20,000 bases of DNA from Halocafeteria seosinensis (taxonomy: Eukaryota), in the NCBI GenBank assembly GCA_001687465.1, contig LVLI01000228.1, positions 45,959-65,958 of the forward strand. The letters run 5' to 3'. Each line of letters begins with the position of its first letter. The stretch's first letter is position 1. A program made the position numbers and the translations under genes. Under the pieces are notes generated by a model. The model saw only the letters and a program-made list of their open reading frames with translations, was not told the DNA's origin and ran no database searches. Shown here piece after piece: positions 1 through 8,830 of the stretch.

Positions 1-70
1 CCCCTTCTTCCCCTAGATAAAAATACTGGTATAAAGTCAAAGAAAACGGTCTTATAACAACCCCCATTTA

Positions 71-90
71 GGGAAGGCTAAAGCCTTCCC
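71..90. other. Perfect 9-bp inverted repeat (hairpin)
   Basis: GGGAAGGCT-AA-AGCCTTCCC. It lies downstream of the minus-strand viral-like fragments; function unknown. Confidence 0.7.
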
Positions 91-451
91 CCGAGACCAA
101 AGCCATGGATCGGGGTGGTACTATAGATACGAGAAAGATACTAACCCCTAGTGGGTGTGATTCTGGGGTAGGTGACTCACAGGGTGGCGACTCAACCCAC
201 CACCGCAGGTTCGGATCTCTGTGAAGCGCCATGTCTGTTCGTGTGGGCTACGACTGATTTTGCGGATCGCTTAATGGCACGTCGAGCGATAGGTGTTTGA
301 CGAGAGGCCGTTCTTCTAGTCGCTGTACTGCTTCGGGTAATGGTGTCTTGAACCAATGGCGTTGATTCTACCGTCCCCGATGGCGTTGTTGTTGCCAGTT
401 GTTGTTTCAGCCGATGCCGATTGCGTTGTCGTTGATCCCGTTGTGGTACCC

Positions 452-568
452 CAATTCCTTCTTGATCGTCGGATCGTATTCCTTGGACGAAATCAAATAC
501 ACTTCATTTTTGGGGCACAGTACTTTATAATTATTCGCCCAATTACAGGCACAGGTGGTCTTGCCACC
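452..568 (-). pseudogene. Fragment resembling a PLV/virophage A32-like (FtsK-HerA) packaging ATPase, from the end of Walker A onwards
   Basis: A frame absent from the ORF track reads (G)GKTTCACNWANNYKVLCPKNEVYLISSKEYDPTIKKEL (GKTT at 565-554). This fits the GK[ST]-helix-'YKxxxPKNxVYLxS' pattern I recall for PLV ATPases. The upstream GxxG part of Walker A, Walker B and a start codon are missing. Confidence 0.5.
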
Positions 569-569
569 T

Positions 570-780
570 GTGTTGATGTTTGCTTGGCCAGTTTCTGTAT
601 GCTCTGTACAAAGTCATCCAAATCCATATTCCTCTGCTTATCCACCAGATTCACCAGTTCTTTCAGCGTCTTCTTGGCTTCGGTCAGTTTCATTATATAG
701 TCACTTCGCAAAGTTTTCAAGTCATTGGTTTTTGACTTGAATGTATTACCCAAGGATATGGACTCCGCCCGATTTGCCAC
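570..780 (-). pseudogene. Coiled-coil-like ORF fragment of unknown function in the viral-like relic
   Basis: Part of ORF 493-780 (GTG start): NDLKTLRSDYIMKLTEAKKTLKELVNLVDKQRNMDLDDFVQSIQKLAK, heptad-like. It overlaps the neighbouring fragments in different frames. Confidence 0.3.
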
Positions 781-943
781 CGGATTTGCCTGATCCTTTC
801 TTGTAAAGTCCGTGCGTTTTAACGTACCGACTGGCCTCCCCTAGGGGTAAATTTTTCTCCTTCATAACCCTTTTGACCAGATCGCCCCGTGATTCACGGC
901 CATCTGATCCTCCGCCGGACGCCCGACAAATGGGGTTGAGCAT
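746..943 (-). CDS. Small basic Gly-rich protein or fragment, PLV/virophage core-protein-like
   Basis: 65 aa ORF with SGGG and GSGKSGGKSGG flanking RGDLVKRVMKEKNLPLGEASRYVKTHGLYK (800-889). This matches a recalled 'RxxIVKxVMxEKGLxLxEASKYVKxHGLY' motif of uncultured PLV/virophage proteins. Confidence 0.5.
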   Translation of the reverse strand: MLNPICRASGGGSDGRESRGDLVKRVMKEKNLPLGEASRYVKTHGLYKKGSGKSGGKSGGVHILG

Positions 944-975
944 CGCCGAAAATCTCCTTGGATCGTTCGTGGAAA

Positions 976-1260
976 CTAATATCCTGTACGGGAAGCCTCT
1001 GATCGGGGTTGGAATTTCTCTTTGGGATAGGTGAAGGGATTAGGATGTTCTATTTTATTGCGATTAAGGTCATAGTTGGCCTGCATAAGGGGTTCATCCA
1101 AATCGGCATAGCGTTTTTTATCCGGTGGTTGGGCAATATGCCATGTATCAAAGAGGAATTTATATTGCCGAAGGATATCATCTCGGGTGGATGACCCCCG
1201 ACAGACGGTGGAATTGGTAATCGTCCCGTTTTTATCCACTTCCACGGTCACTTCATAAAT
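976..1260 (-). CDS. Hypothetical protein fragment in the viral-like relic
   Basis: Open frame IYEVTVEVDKNGTITNSTV...DDILRQYKFLFDTWHIAQPPDKKRYADLDEPLMQANYDLNRNKIEHPNPFTYPKE. It has no ATG at its 5' end and runs into the hairpin array (in-frame TAG at 1290-1288). Confidence 0.3.
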   Translation of the reverse strand: MYEVTVEVDKNGTITNSTVCRGSSTRDDILRQYKFLFDTWHIAQPPDKKRYADLDEPLMQANYDLNRNKIEHPNPFTYPKEKFQPRSEASRTGY

Positions 1261-1531
1261 ACAGGCTGGGGATTCCGCCGCTTGGTGCTAACAGGCTGGG
1301 GATTCCAACCCAATCCCCCGATTGGTGCTAACAGGCTGGGGATTCCGTCTGAATCCCCACCACCTTCGCTAACATGGTGGTGAGGATTTTCGTCCTCGCT
1401 TGAATCCCCCGCTTTTGGCTAACCGGCTGGGGATTCCATTTGAATCCCCACCACCTTCTTTAACATGGTGGTGAGGATTTTCGTCCTTGGCTGAATCCCC
1501 ACCACCTTCTTTAACATGGTGGTGAGGATTT
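1261..1531. repeat. Array of 7 related hairpin-type repeat units of two subtypes
   Basis: Type A ([G]AATCCCC...CTAAC[A/C]GGCTGGGGATTCC) occurs at 1261-1276 and 1282-1306 (right halves only), 1312-1346 and 1402-1437. Type B (GAATCCCCACCACCTTC[GC/TT]TAACATGGTGGTGAGGATTT; 13-bp arms, 1 mismatch) occurs at 1351-1389, 1442-1480 and 1493-1531. Confidence 0.92.
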
Positions 1532-2154
1532 TTGTCGTCGGCGGTGAAATTTATTTTGTAAATTTATTTTATAAATTCTGGCGGGTGATAGACGCAGCTC
1601 CTGGTCGCAGAAGGTCTAGACATACACGAAGGCGAATGGGGCCCTATCATCCCACCCCAAACATAGCACGACCATTGGACGGCACAAGTATCGTCATTTG
1701 TCATTCTGGGAGTCCCGTGCGGTAATGAGCAATTTCAGGAGACTATGTGCAGAAAACAACCACACTTGATAACCCCAAATTGGCGACATTGAAAGAAGCA
1801 TGTAGCGTAGCCTGTAGCATGCACGTGTTCACAGATACAAACACGCACAAATTGGGCTGTACAGTGCAGAACTTGTAGTGTATTCGATGAACGGTACGTG
1901 TGGTGGTGGAGCAAATAGGTGCAATCACCGTTCCTACAGTTGATTCGCAAACATTGTCTGCACTTCTATTTAGGAAATGAGCGGAGATATTGGGAGACTA
2001 CAATGTATGTACTCCATGAGCAGCCTGAACCGTCTGCGCGATTTAACACGTTAACAGTGAGACCGTCGACGGCATTGTCTAGCCTGCCTCGTGTGTATTA
2101 TATTTATCCTACCTGTCGAGTTGCTTTCCAGCAGACAGACGGGTGATATCCCCC

Positions 2155-3900
2155 TCAGGCAAAATTATACCACTGACTGAATACAGACAACATCAGTGAA
2201 AGGAAGACCGCTGGAGGGAGCGGTCTAATGCTGCTTGCTTTCGCCGGACTTGGATCCAGCGTACTCACGGGCGAAGGAGATAATCCTGGAGACTGCCCCA
2301 TTTCGGTGACCGTTGCTGTGGGTTCCAGAGAACATGAAGCAGAAGGAGAAGGGTTGCTTTCCTCGTCTGGTGAACCAGGTGTCATCGTGGGAGATGCTCT
2401 TGTAGTCGGAGACGCATTCGACTTAGAAGTTGCCAACGGAGACGCCTGACCTCCCTCCGTACACAATGTTCTGGTTGGTCCGTGACCGATAGCGAAAGAC
2501 TGTCGGTTATGGCGCAACTCGGGGAAGCTACCGGGAGAAGGAACAACCCATACGTCGTCCGGCCAAGAAAACTGTGGTGTCTGATACACCTTGCCCAATA
2601 TATCAGAAAGATCGCCCGAATTTCCCCTTAAAGCGAGGCTGTTGTGGTTCGATCCGTGTTGGACTATGGTCTCTTTCCCAGTCTTCCCACTGGAGGTACT
2701 ATGTACTGAGTACTCTACATGTACCACGTCAGCATCGCCGCTAAACTCCCCGGAGAAAATTCCGCCAATCATAAATGTGTTGCACGTGGACAACATGTAT
2801 ACATTGGATATCACTACCCTTCCGTTATTTCGACCTGTCAACGCGCCACAGATCCCTCCAGCACGCTTAACGGTGAAATTGAAGATATCTAGAGTGGCGG
2901 CGGCAACCTCTGTGTCTCTGACAACATTACCAGTGGTGTACGAGTTTCGTATTTCAAGAGCACCTCCGTTGGCAGCTCCCCCACCAGCGATACCGCCGGC
3001 TGTGGCATTGACAACATCCCCAATTGTATAGCACTCAGAAATGACAAGCTCACCACCTCCGGCAGCGGAGCTTCCCACGATCCCCGCACCAGAAACCGCG
3101 TAAATAGTTCCTAAGGCGTAGCAGCGGGTAATATTGACCTGGGAAGAAAATCGCTCGTCAGAGATTTCTGCTGCTGCAAACGCTCCACAGACACCTCCGG
3201 CTCCCGGACCTTCAATGTTCCCTTCTGAGTACGAGTCAGTTATTCTGACTTGCCCGCTGCCAGCACCAGCCCAAGCGCCAATGACGCCACCGGCTGTTGT
3301 ACCAGCAATTGCGCCTGTAGAGTAGGAATTCTGGACAACGACATGGCCACCCTCGTATCCAGTGACATATAGGGCGCTACCTAGGATACCGCCGCTTTCG
3401 GCCCCAGCGATACCCCCACTATCATTCCCTGCGACAGTACCGGTAGAACTACATTGGTTTACCTTGAAGAATCGCTGCTTAAAACGGATAATGAACCCGG
3501 CTGAGGTATTTGTTGCTCCGTTTACAGTGTGTACATTCCTAATTTCAGGACTCTCTTGGAACGTCTCGACACTGTCATGTACTGCGAATAACCCTTCAAA
3601 CGCGTCCATTCCATCCAGATCAATAGTAAAATCTTGTCCGTCGTACACTTCATTTGGTTCCAAGATAATGTGATCCGTATTCCCGTAGCCTGTCTCCCTC
3701 CAATTAATGTCGCATGTCTGGAGAAGCTTCTTGTTGTCGGGATCCTCCTGAATGCACTCCTCATTTTCCCGAAGGTCCTTGCTATTCACAAAGACTGCAT
3801 GCATGAAAGTGGCCACGAAAGCCAACAAGATGGTTAGGGGCAAATGCTGAGAAAATGTTTTCATCTTGCGTAATCTGCGAACAAAGGAGCCAGTGTTCAT
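2155..3900 (-). CDS. Secreted, probably GPI-anchored surface protein with GLUG-like Gly-rich beta-solenoid repeats and a Ser/Thr/Pro stalk
   Basis: Intronless 581 aa ORF; the likelier start is Met13 at 3864. It has a hydrophobic signal peptide (LPLTILLAFVATFMHAVFVNS), the segment YDGQDFTIDLDG...GLF, and repeated 'xxYSxGxI...AGGIxG..AG' units. An S/T/P-rich stalk precedes a terminal hydrophobic tail with no cytosolic domain. Confidence 0.85.
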   Translation of the reverse strand: MNTGSFVRRLRKMKTFSQHLPLTILLAFVATFMHAVFVNSKDLRENEECIQEDPDNKKLLQTCDINWRETGYGNTDHIILEPNEVYDGQDFTIDLDGMDAFEGLFAVHDSVETFQESPEIRNVHTVNGATNTSAGFIIRFKQRFFKVNQCSSTGTVAGNDSGGIAGAESGGILGSALYVTGYEGGHVVVQNSYSTGAIAGTTAGGVIGAWAGAGSGQVRITDSYSEGNIEGPGAGGVCGAFAAAEISDERFSSQVNITRCYALGTIYAVSGAGIVGSSAAGGGELVISECYTIGDVVNATAGGIAGGGAANGGALEIRNSYTTGNVVRDTEVAAATLDIFNFTVKRAGGICGALTGRNNGRVVISNVYMLSTCNTFMIGGIFSGEFSGDADVVHVEYSVHSTSSGKTGKETIVQHGSNHNSLALRGNSGDLSDILGKVYQTPQFSWPDDVWVVPSPGSFPELRHNRQSFAIGHGPTRTLCTEGGQASPLATSKSNASPTTRASPTMTPGSPDEESNPSPSASCSLEPTATVTEMGQSPGLSPSPVSTLDPSPAKASSIRPLPPAVFLSLMLSVFSQWYNFA

Positions 3901-4065
3901 GAGTCGTCCTGGTCACAACATTCAACTCCGCAGTCCGCACCAGCTCATACTCCCACCGCGGGCAGAACGAAGCCCATCGTTGTCTAGGAAGTTAACACAA
4001 AGGCGTCGTGTGCCTATTGAGACAAATTAGAGTCCACGTGGGAGTTGTCAGGACGACGGTATTAC

Positions 4066-4500
4066 TTACCATTGGTAAGTTACCAACCGCGCTTTGCCTC
4101 TGGGACTCTCGTACAAGACTTTTCCACCTGTTTGTTCTTCCAGTGTTCTTTGCCAAATTTCCTCCAAGGCTCCCTTTGTGGACGGGGAGAGAACGAAATT
4201 CAATTATGTAAGCACCGTTGATATCTCAACAACAACTTTTGCTGGAAGTTTTCTTCGCTCGGTAGTCAACACGAGTCTGCGTATGGTATGGAAGCTGTTC
4301 GAAAGAGCTGTTGAAAAGGCACTAGCAAACTCTGCTTTTCTGGCAGGGGATAGTTGCTGATGAATATTCTGGGACCTCGTGACTATGCTGTTTATCCACC
4401 GAAGGACCGTTTTCTCACAGATTCAGTGGTTTACGGCGGTGTGGGCCTCCGTGTTTTCCCCCTTCAAACCCCTTTCGAAGTTCCCCACCAGAACAGGGAC
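4066..4500 (-). pseudogene. Possible decayed coding segment, unknown family
   Basis: About 145 codons in one frame with only two internal stops (VPVLVGNFERGLKGENTEAHTAVNH*ICEKTVLRWINSIV...VVVEISTVLT*LNFVLSPSTKGALEEIWQRTLEE...LVTYQW*), preceded by TTTTCAG. No recognisable motif. Confidence 0.25.
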
Positions 4501-5399
4501 TGAAAATCGCTTACGTGTATGACGTCGAGTCTATACTGGACTGCACACAGTGTTCGCGCAAGGTAAACGTAACTTTGGAGCTCTGTTACTTATAAGTCTC
4601 TCTCAACACAAACGCCGAATCGTATTCTATGCATTGAATTCTACCTTCCCTCTAGTCGTAAGAGGCTCGGAGGCTGAACAGCCTGTCACCGGTCGTGCGG
4701 GAGTCAAGTACGGTCACTGAGTCACTGACCGACGTTCGTAATGTTGCAAACCGCGACGCCAATTCATCAAGGTTGAAACTTCCACTACTAGAACTCGGCC
4801 CCGGACCACGTGTTGCAACCACAGAGCTAAACGATACAAGACAACAACATTGTTGTGTGTGCATGGTGAAGGAAGTACGAAACCACAGCAGCATCTCCTA
4901 CTGTGTAGGCATATCTACCTCTGTCTTCCAACATTTGTTCTAATGCTTACGCACCTGTTGCTGCAAAGGGTGTACGCATGTTTCACGCTACAGATACCAA
5001 TATACTGACCTGGTTAGGACAAGCTTGCTTACCTAAGAGGGCATTGGGAGCCTTGAAAATTGTGAAATCCGGATCAGAGGATCCATTGTCAATTCAGGAA
5101 GCCCCTCATCGACACCCGAAGCACGCCTTCTGTCATTACCGTCGCAAGCCTCCTCGCGAAATGGGTTCACATCATACCCTAACATCTTTGACAAATAGTC
5201 GAGTAATTTATCTGATATTTTGCTGAATTCATTGGTCCCCGTTTAACTGCAGTTCCGCCTGATACCTCTCCAGTCAATATTGGGTATTTGATGTATTCGA
5301 CGGATCGAGCACAGTAGTCCTCCACGGCGAGCGCGATGCTCTAATTATCTTCCAAGCTTCTCGTGAAACGCCTTGCCGACCTTCTACGGGATTCATACC

Positions 5400-6460
5400 C
5401 AATAGCGGAAACAATGGAATTCCAAAAGGCAGGTCGTTCGCGAGTCATCCTAGCACTGTTTCTCCCCAGGCTCCACTTGCTTCTAATACAACACTACTTT
5501 GAAGATCTATAGAGCCCAAGAAAGAATATAGACTGGAATACAACCGAAGACTGTCGTTTTGAGGATCACCGGCTACTAGATGAGCTCTTATCAGCTCATT
5601 CCGTCTCCGCTTGATACCTCTGAATTTCTCACGCTCTGGAAGGATTAGCCAGTCAATTCCTCATCTGCTCTTTTGCATGTAGAGAAATGTAGGCTCGGTG
5701 GCAAGCAAACCTCCAAATCAGTTTTTCCATATAGACAGAGCGCTTGTGGGACGTTAACGGATCACAGAGGTAAGGACGAGTGTTCAAAGTGATCAACAAT
5801 CAACGTGCAAAGCGGTGTCACGCTTGGGACTATACCGCAGGTTCACCTCAGAAGAGCGAGATAAGCAGAACACACACCAGTTAGGTGTTCTCAAACGAAG
5901 TCACCTCCTCGTCGTTTTAGTGGAGTCTTTCTCTTAAAGTTGTCTCCCTTATCATTTCTCTGGATTGAAGATTGCACCCCTTTGTTTTTTCAGTTTGTAC
6001 TCCTCCGGAAAGTCCAGAGGGCTGATCCAGATTGCCCTGCGGACAATGCTGGAGTACAAATGGCTGTGGTTGCCCACAATGCCTTGTTCCATCTTTAATT
6101 CAAAGATCGCGAATCCATGTCCAGAGCGCTGCAACAATTTAGAAACAATCCTCTCTTCGTTGTCCTGAAACCATTTCTCCCATGTTCGAGTGTGTATCGT
6201 TCCTGTGCAACTGGTTCTGCGAAGTCCCCATTTCCACACCCACTGCCATCAGTTGGAGGGGGAGCTGGATGTCGCCTCAGGGCTTCCCAAAACAACTTAC
6301 GCTTCGTCATAGTATCATGCCATCTTGATACCCTTGCGTTTCTCTGCCAACAGCCGCGCGAATTCCCATGCTCTCTCCCACCAGGGATAGCAAGTGACCA
6401 ATCAAGAGGATGCTTCACCCCGCAGGGCCGATAGAACTAAGTCTCAGGAAGCCGCAACCT
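5400..6460 (-). mobile_element. Probable degenerate 3' part of an RLE-type (CRE/NeSL/R2-like) non-LTR retrotransposon
   Basis: Motif remnants occur in the expected order across stops and frameshifts: LVLSALRGEASS*LV (6440-6396; cf. RLLSA..GASAWL), LFWEALRRH..PPP..GCG, RRGGDFV (~5914-5894), ALHVDC, EREKFR/RYQ (~5636-5610; cf. ExxKxxKY) and VVLEASGAWGE (5492-5460; cf. VVETxGAWG). Confidence 0.4.
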
Positions 6461-7110
6461 GCGAAGAGGAAGAGAATGTTCCTCTGTACGGAAAAGACGG
6501 GCATATGGTGTATACGGTAAATGCCGGACGAGTGTGGACTGGCTGACACTCTACGATATCCCTAGTATTTTGAGAGACGATTTGCTGAATTTCTATCTTG
6601 ACGGGCTAGGTCCGCATGCGCTTTCCAAAGAACGTTTTCCTTGCAAAGCGTTTATCCACACAACCTGTAGGATGACGTTCCCCCGAAAAGGCGACAGATG
6701 ACCGCGGGGAGCTCAGGAGAAGCCACACCGGGGACGACCTGCGTGGAAACCGCCACCATTCCAGAACTTCTTGAGGTGCTGACATGTGTGCCTATGAATA
6801 AAAGATACGACAGAATGCTGCCAACAGTACCCGGCTAATAGTTCGGTCCCCGGGGTACAACTGTGAATTTACCAAACTGACCTGCATCGGTTTTCCCTCG
6901 GATTTCATATCAACATATGCAGCGATAAGATAGTGCTTCAGCCTGCCTTCAGTTCATTCCGACGCCGGACCATCATGTGAGCCATGGAATAAACTACCAA
7001 ATCAGTCTAGATGCAGACGTGAAAGTATCCGCAGGCAGCGCACGATAGGTAGCCGATAGTGACGGTATTCGTTCTCAGTTGAAAGTAACCCCTCATACTT
7101 TTGAGTCAGA

Positions 7111-8830
7111 TTAGTGCTTGCGCTGGAGAAGCGCAAGAAAGAATCCGCTCGCAGAATCCGTATATGGGTCAACGCGAACCATTTTCGTGGTGTCATCCTC
7201 AGGAAGCGCGGAAGCCCGGCTTCCGCGACGATGCCATTTAGGCAAGACTGTCGAAATCCCCCAGTCTGGAAAAGAGCGTAACACCGAGGCAACGACGTCT
7301 TCGTTCTCCTCTTGATGCAAGGAGCATGTTGAATATAGGACCTGCTGAACTGAGGGAAATCTCATGGCATGGGAAAGAATCTTTTCCTGAATTCTGGCAA
7401 GGTGATTTATTCTTTCGTTTGAGACAGTCACGTGGGTTTCTTCATTTTCATCAACCAATGACTGTGACGACCGCAAATGTCCTCCTTTTCTTGTTTTCTT
7501 GCCCTTGTCCCGCCGTTTAAAGATCATAGAGGTTGTGCAATCGTCGTCTCGAAGGCTGTCGAGAACGAAATCCAAACGGTGTACCATTCCACTGCCGCTA
7601 CATGAAGGGTCCACAACCATTAGTTTTGTCCGCGTGAATCGACTGTCATCATGCTGGAGCGCGAGAAAATCGGCATGAACAACATCGACCATAGAAGCTT
7701 CAGCAGTTCGGAGACGTTCGGTTAGCAGCTGTGAACGCTTATAGTCTTTCTCACAAGCCCATATATGTCCTTTGAAGCTAGTCGTTTGCGTTAATAGTGA
7801 CGCGAGATGAGACGTCTTGTTTCCAGGTGCAGCGCAAGCATCTGTAATGTCGAATGAGGAGGGCGTTAACGCTTCGATTGTCTCCCGGGCCGCTGTTGCA
7901 GGCAGACACGACGATTTGTCCTGAAGGATTAGGGAGCCGTTGGCCACCCATGGATGCATGGCTACTTGCTCGTTGGTACTTCCCGGTAGAACCAGTAAAT
8001 CAGGAACTAGTTCATCAATCTTTATGTCCTCCTCCGCCATTCCTTGGATAGTGTTTCGAAGCTCGGTTATTGCGTCTTGCATTGTGCATTTGAGCAAGTT
8101 GACCCTGACATAACGAGGTAGTTTGATTAAACTCTGCAACGGTGCAGGTAGTAATTCAACATTCTCCGATACCCCTTTCTCTTGCTTCATTGCGTTTAAT
8201 GACTTCTGGAGGGCACCATCATACTGCAGAATCAACCGCTTTAGTGTTCCTCCACCCTGCAAGTTAACAGTCCGGCATGCAATGTTGCAATGCTGGCTTT
8301 TCTTTATCGGTCAGAAAAAGATGTCTCACCTTGATTCCGTTCCCGAATAGATGTTCGTAGAGCATCAAACATAGCATCGCGGCATCTACCGTAACTTCGT
8401 CCTTGTTGTTCCCAGAGTCTCGCTTCCGTTTGTGTGCTTTGGAGCGCCCGGTATGTGAACCAGACTCCTCCCTATTCAGCTGCAGCCGAGCATACGTACG
8501 TACCCAACGTGCTCGAACCCGGTTTTCCCCCCGGTTGAATGGAATGACCTGCACTTACATGCTTGTCCATTCCACAGGCGAAGATGAGGTCTTCCAGGAT
8601 GGGGCGGTACTTGAGCGATTCACACACCAGAGCATAGAGTTTCTTCTGCACCATTCATTCATTCCATGCCATGCCACAATACTGGTTTGAGATTCTACTT
8701 ATCATTTTGCGTCAAACGTCTGCCGTACCTTGTTTTTGGCTTGACTGGAGTAGATGATGTCCTTAAGACCCCTCTGCCCCGTCACTACCTGCCGGAAGGC
8801 TTTGGCTCCTTCCTGGTACACACGACTCAT
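7111..8830 (-). CDS. NSUN5: NSUN5/Rcm1-like 25S/28S rRNA cytosine-C5 methyltransferase, 4 exons, ~494 aa
   Basis: Exons 8830-8729, 8645-8559, 8479-8330 and 8256-7111 join through GT-AG introns. The product shows the NSUN5-type N-terminus (GLKDIIYSS..KKLYALVCESLKY, LYEHLFGNGIKGGG) and the motifs LPRYVRVNLLK, ILQDKSSCLPA, DACAAPGNKTSH, VDPSCSGSG and YSTCSLHQEENE. Confidence 0.96.

Larger units (their letters stand above)
1..1580 (-). mobile_element. Putative endogenous Polinton-like virus/virophage-derived relic, fragmented; left boundary may lie outside the window, right boundary approximate
   Basis: Dense, intronless, minus-strand protein-like segments in changing frames. These include a GKTT...YKVLCPKNEVYLISSKEYDP segment (packaging-ATPase-like) and RGDLVKRVMKEKNLPLGEASRYVKTHGLY (recalled from PLV/virophage-type proteins). 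They are followed by a hairpin repeat array (1261-1531) and an AT-rich tract (1547-1579). No capsid, pPolB, integrase, TIR pair or TSD is visible. Confidence 0.55.

Noticed and set aside
356..700. 114 aa plus-strand ORF (also 555-740 and 1009-1194)
   Set aside because: These are non-distinctive hydrophobic translations lying antisense to the more protein-like minus-strand fragments, so they are treated as shadow ORFs.
775..800. KGSGKS as a Walker A motif
   Set aside because: It lacks the GxxxxGK[ST] spacing and a preceding hydrophobic strand; it is part of a Gly/Ser/Lys-rich tail.
1267..1437. GGGGATTCC as NF-kB-like binding sites
   Set aside because: These are better explained as hairpin arms pairing with GAATCCCC, and nothing suggests an animal host.
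1261..1531. CRISPR array
   Set aside because: Repeats are of two types and vary in length, linkers are only about 4-12 nt and partly repeated, no cas genes are present, and the context is eukaryotic.
1..1730. Complete Polinton with AG...CT termini, TIRs and 6-bp TSD
   Set aside because: No paired TIR, AGTAGT-type end or TSD could be identified inside the window, and no pPolB, integrase or capsid sequence is visible.
4061..4080. U1 snRNA 5' end (ACTTACC)
   Set aside because: Only the 7-mer matches; the following sequence lacks U1 stem-loops and an Sm site.
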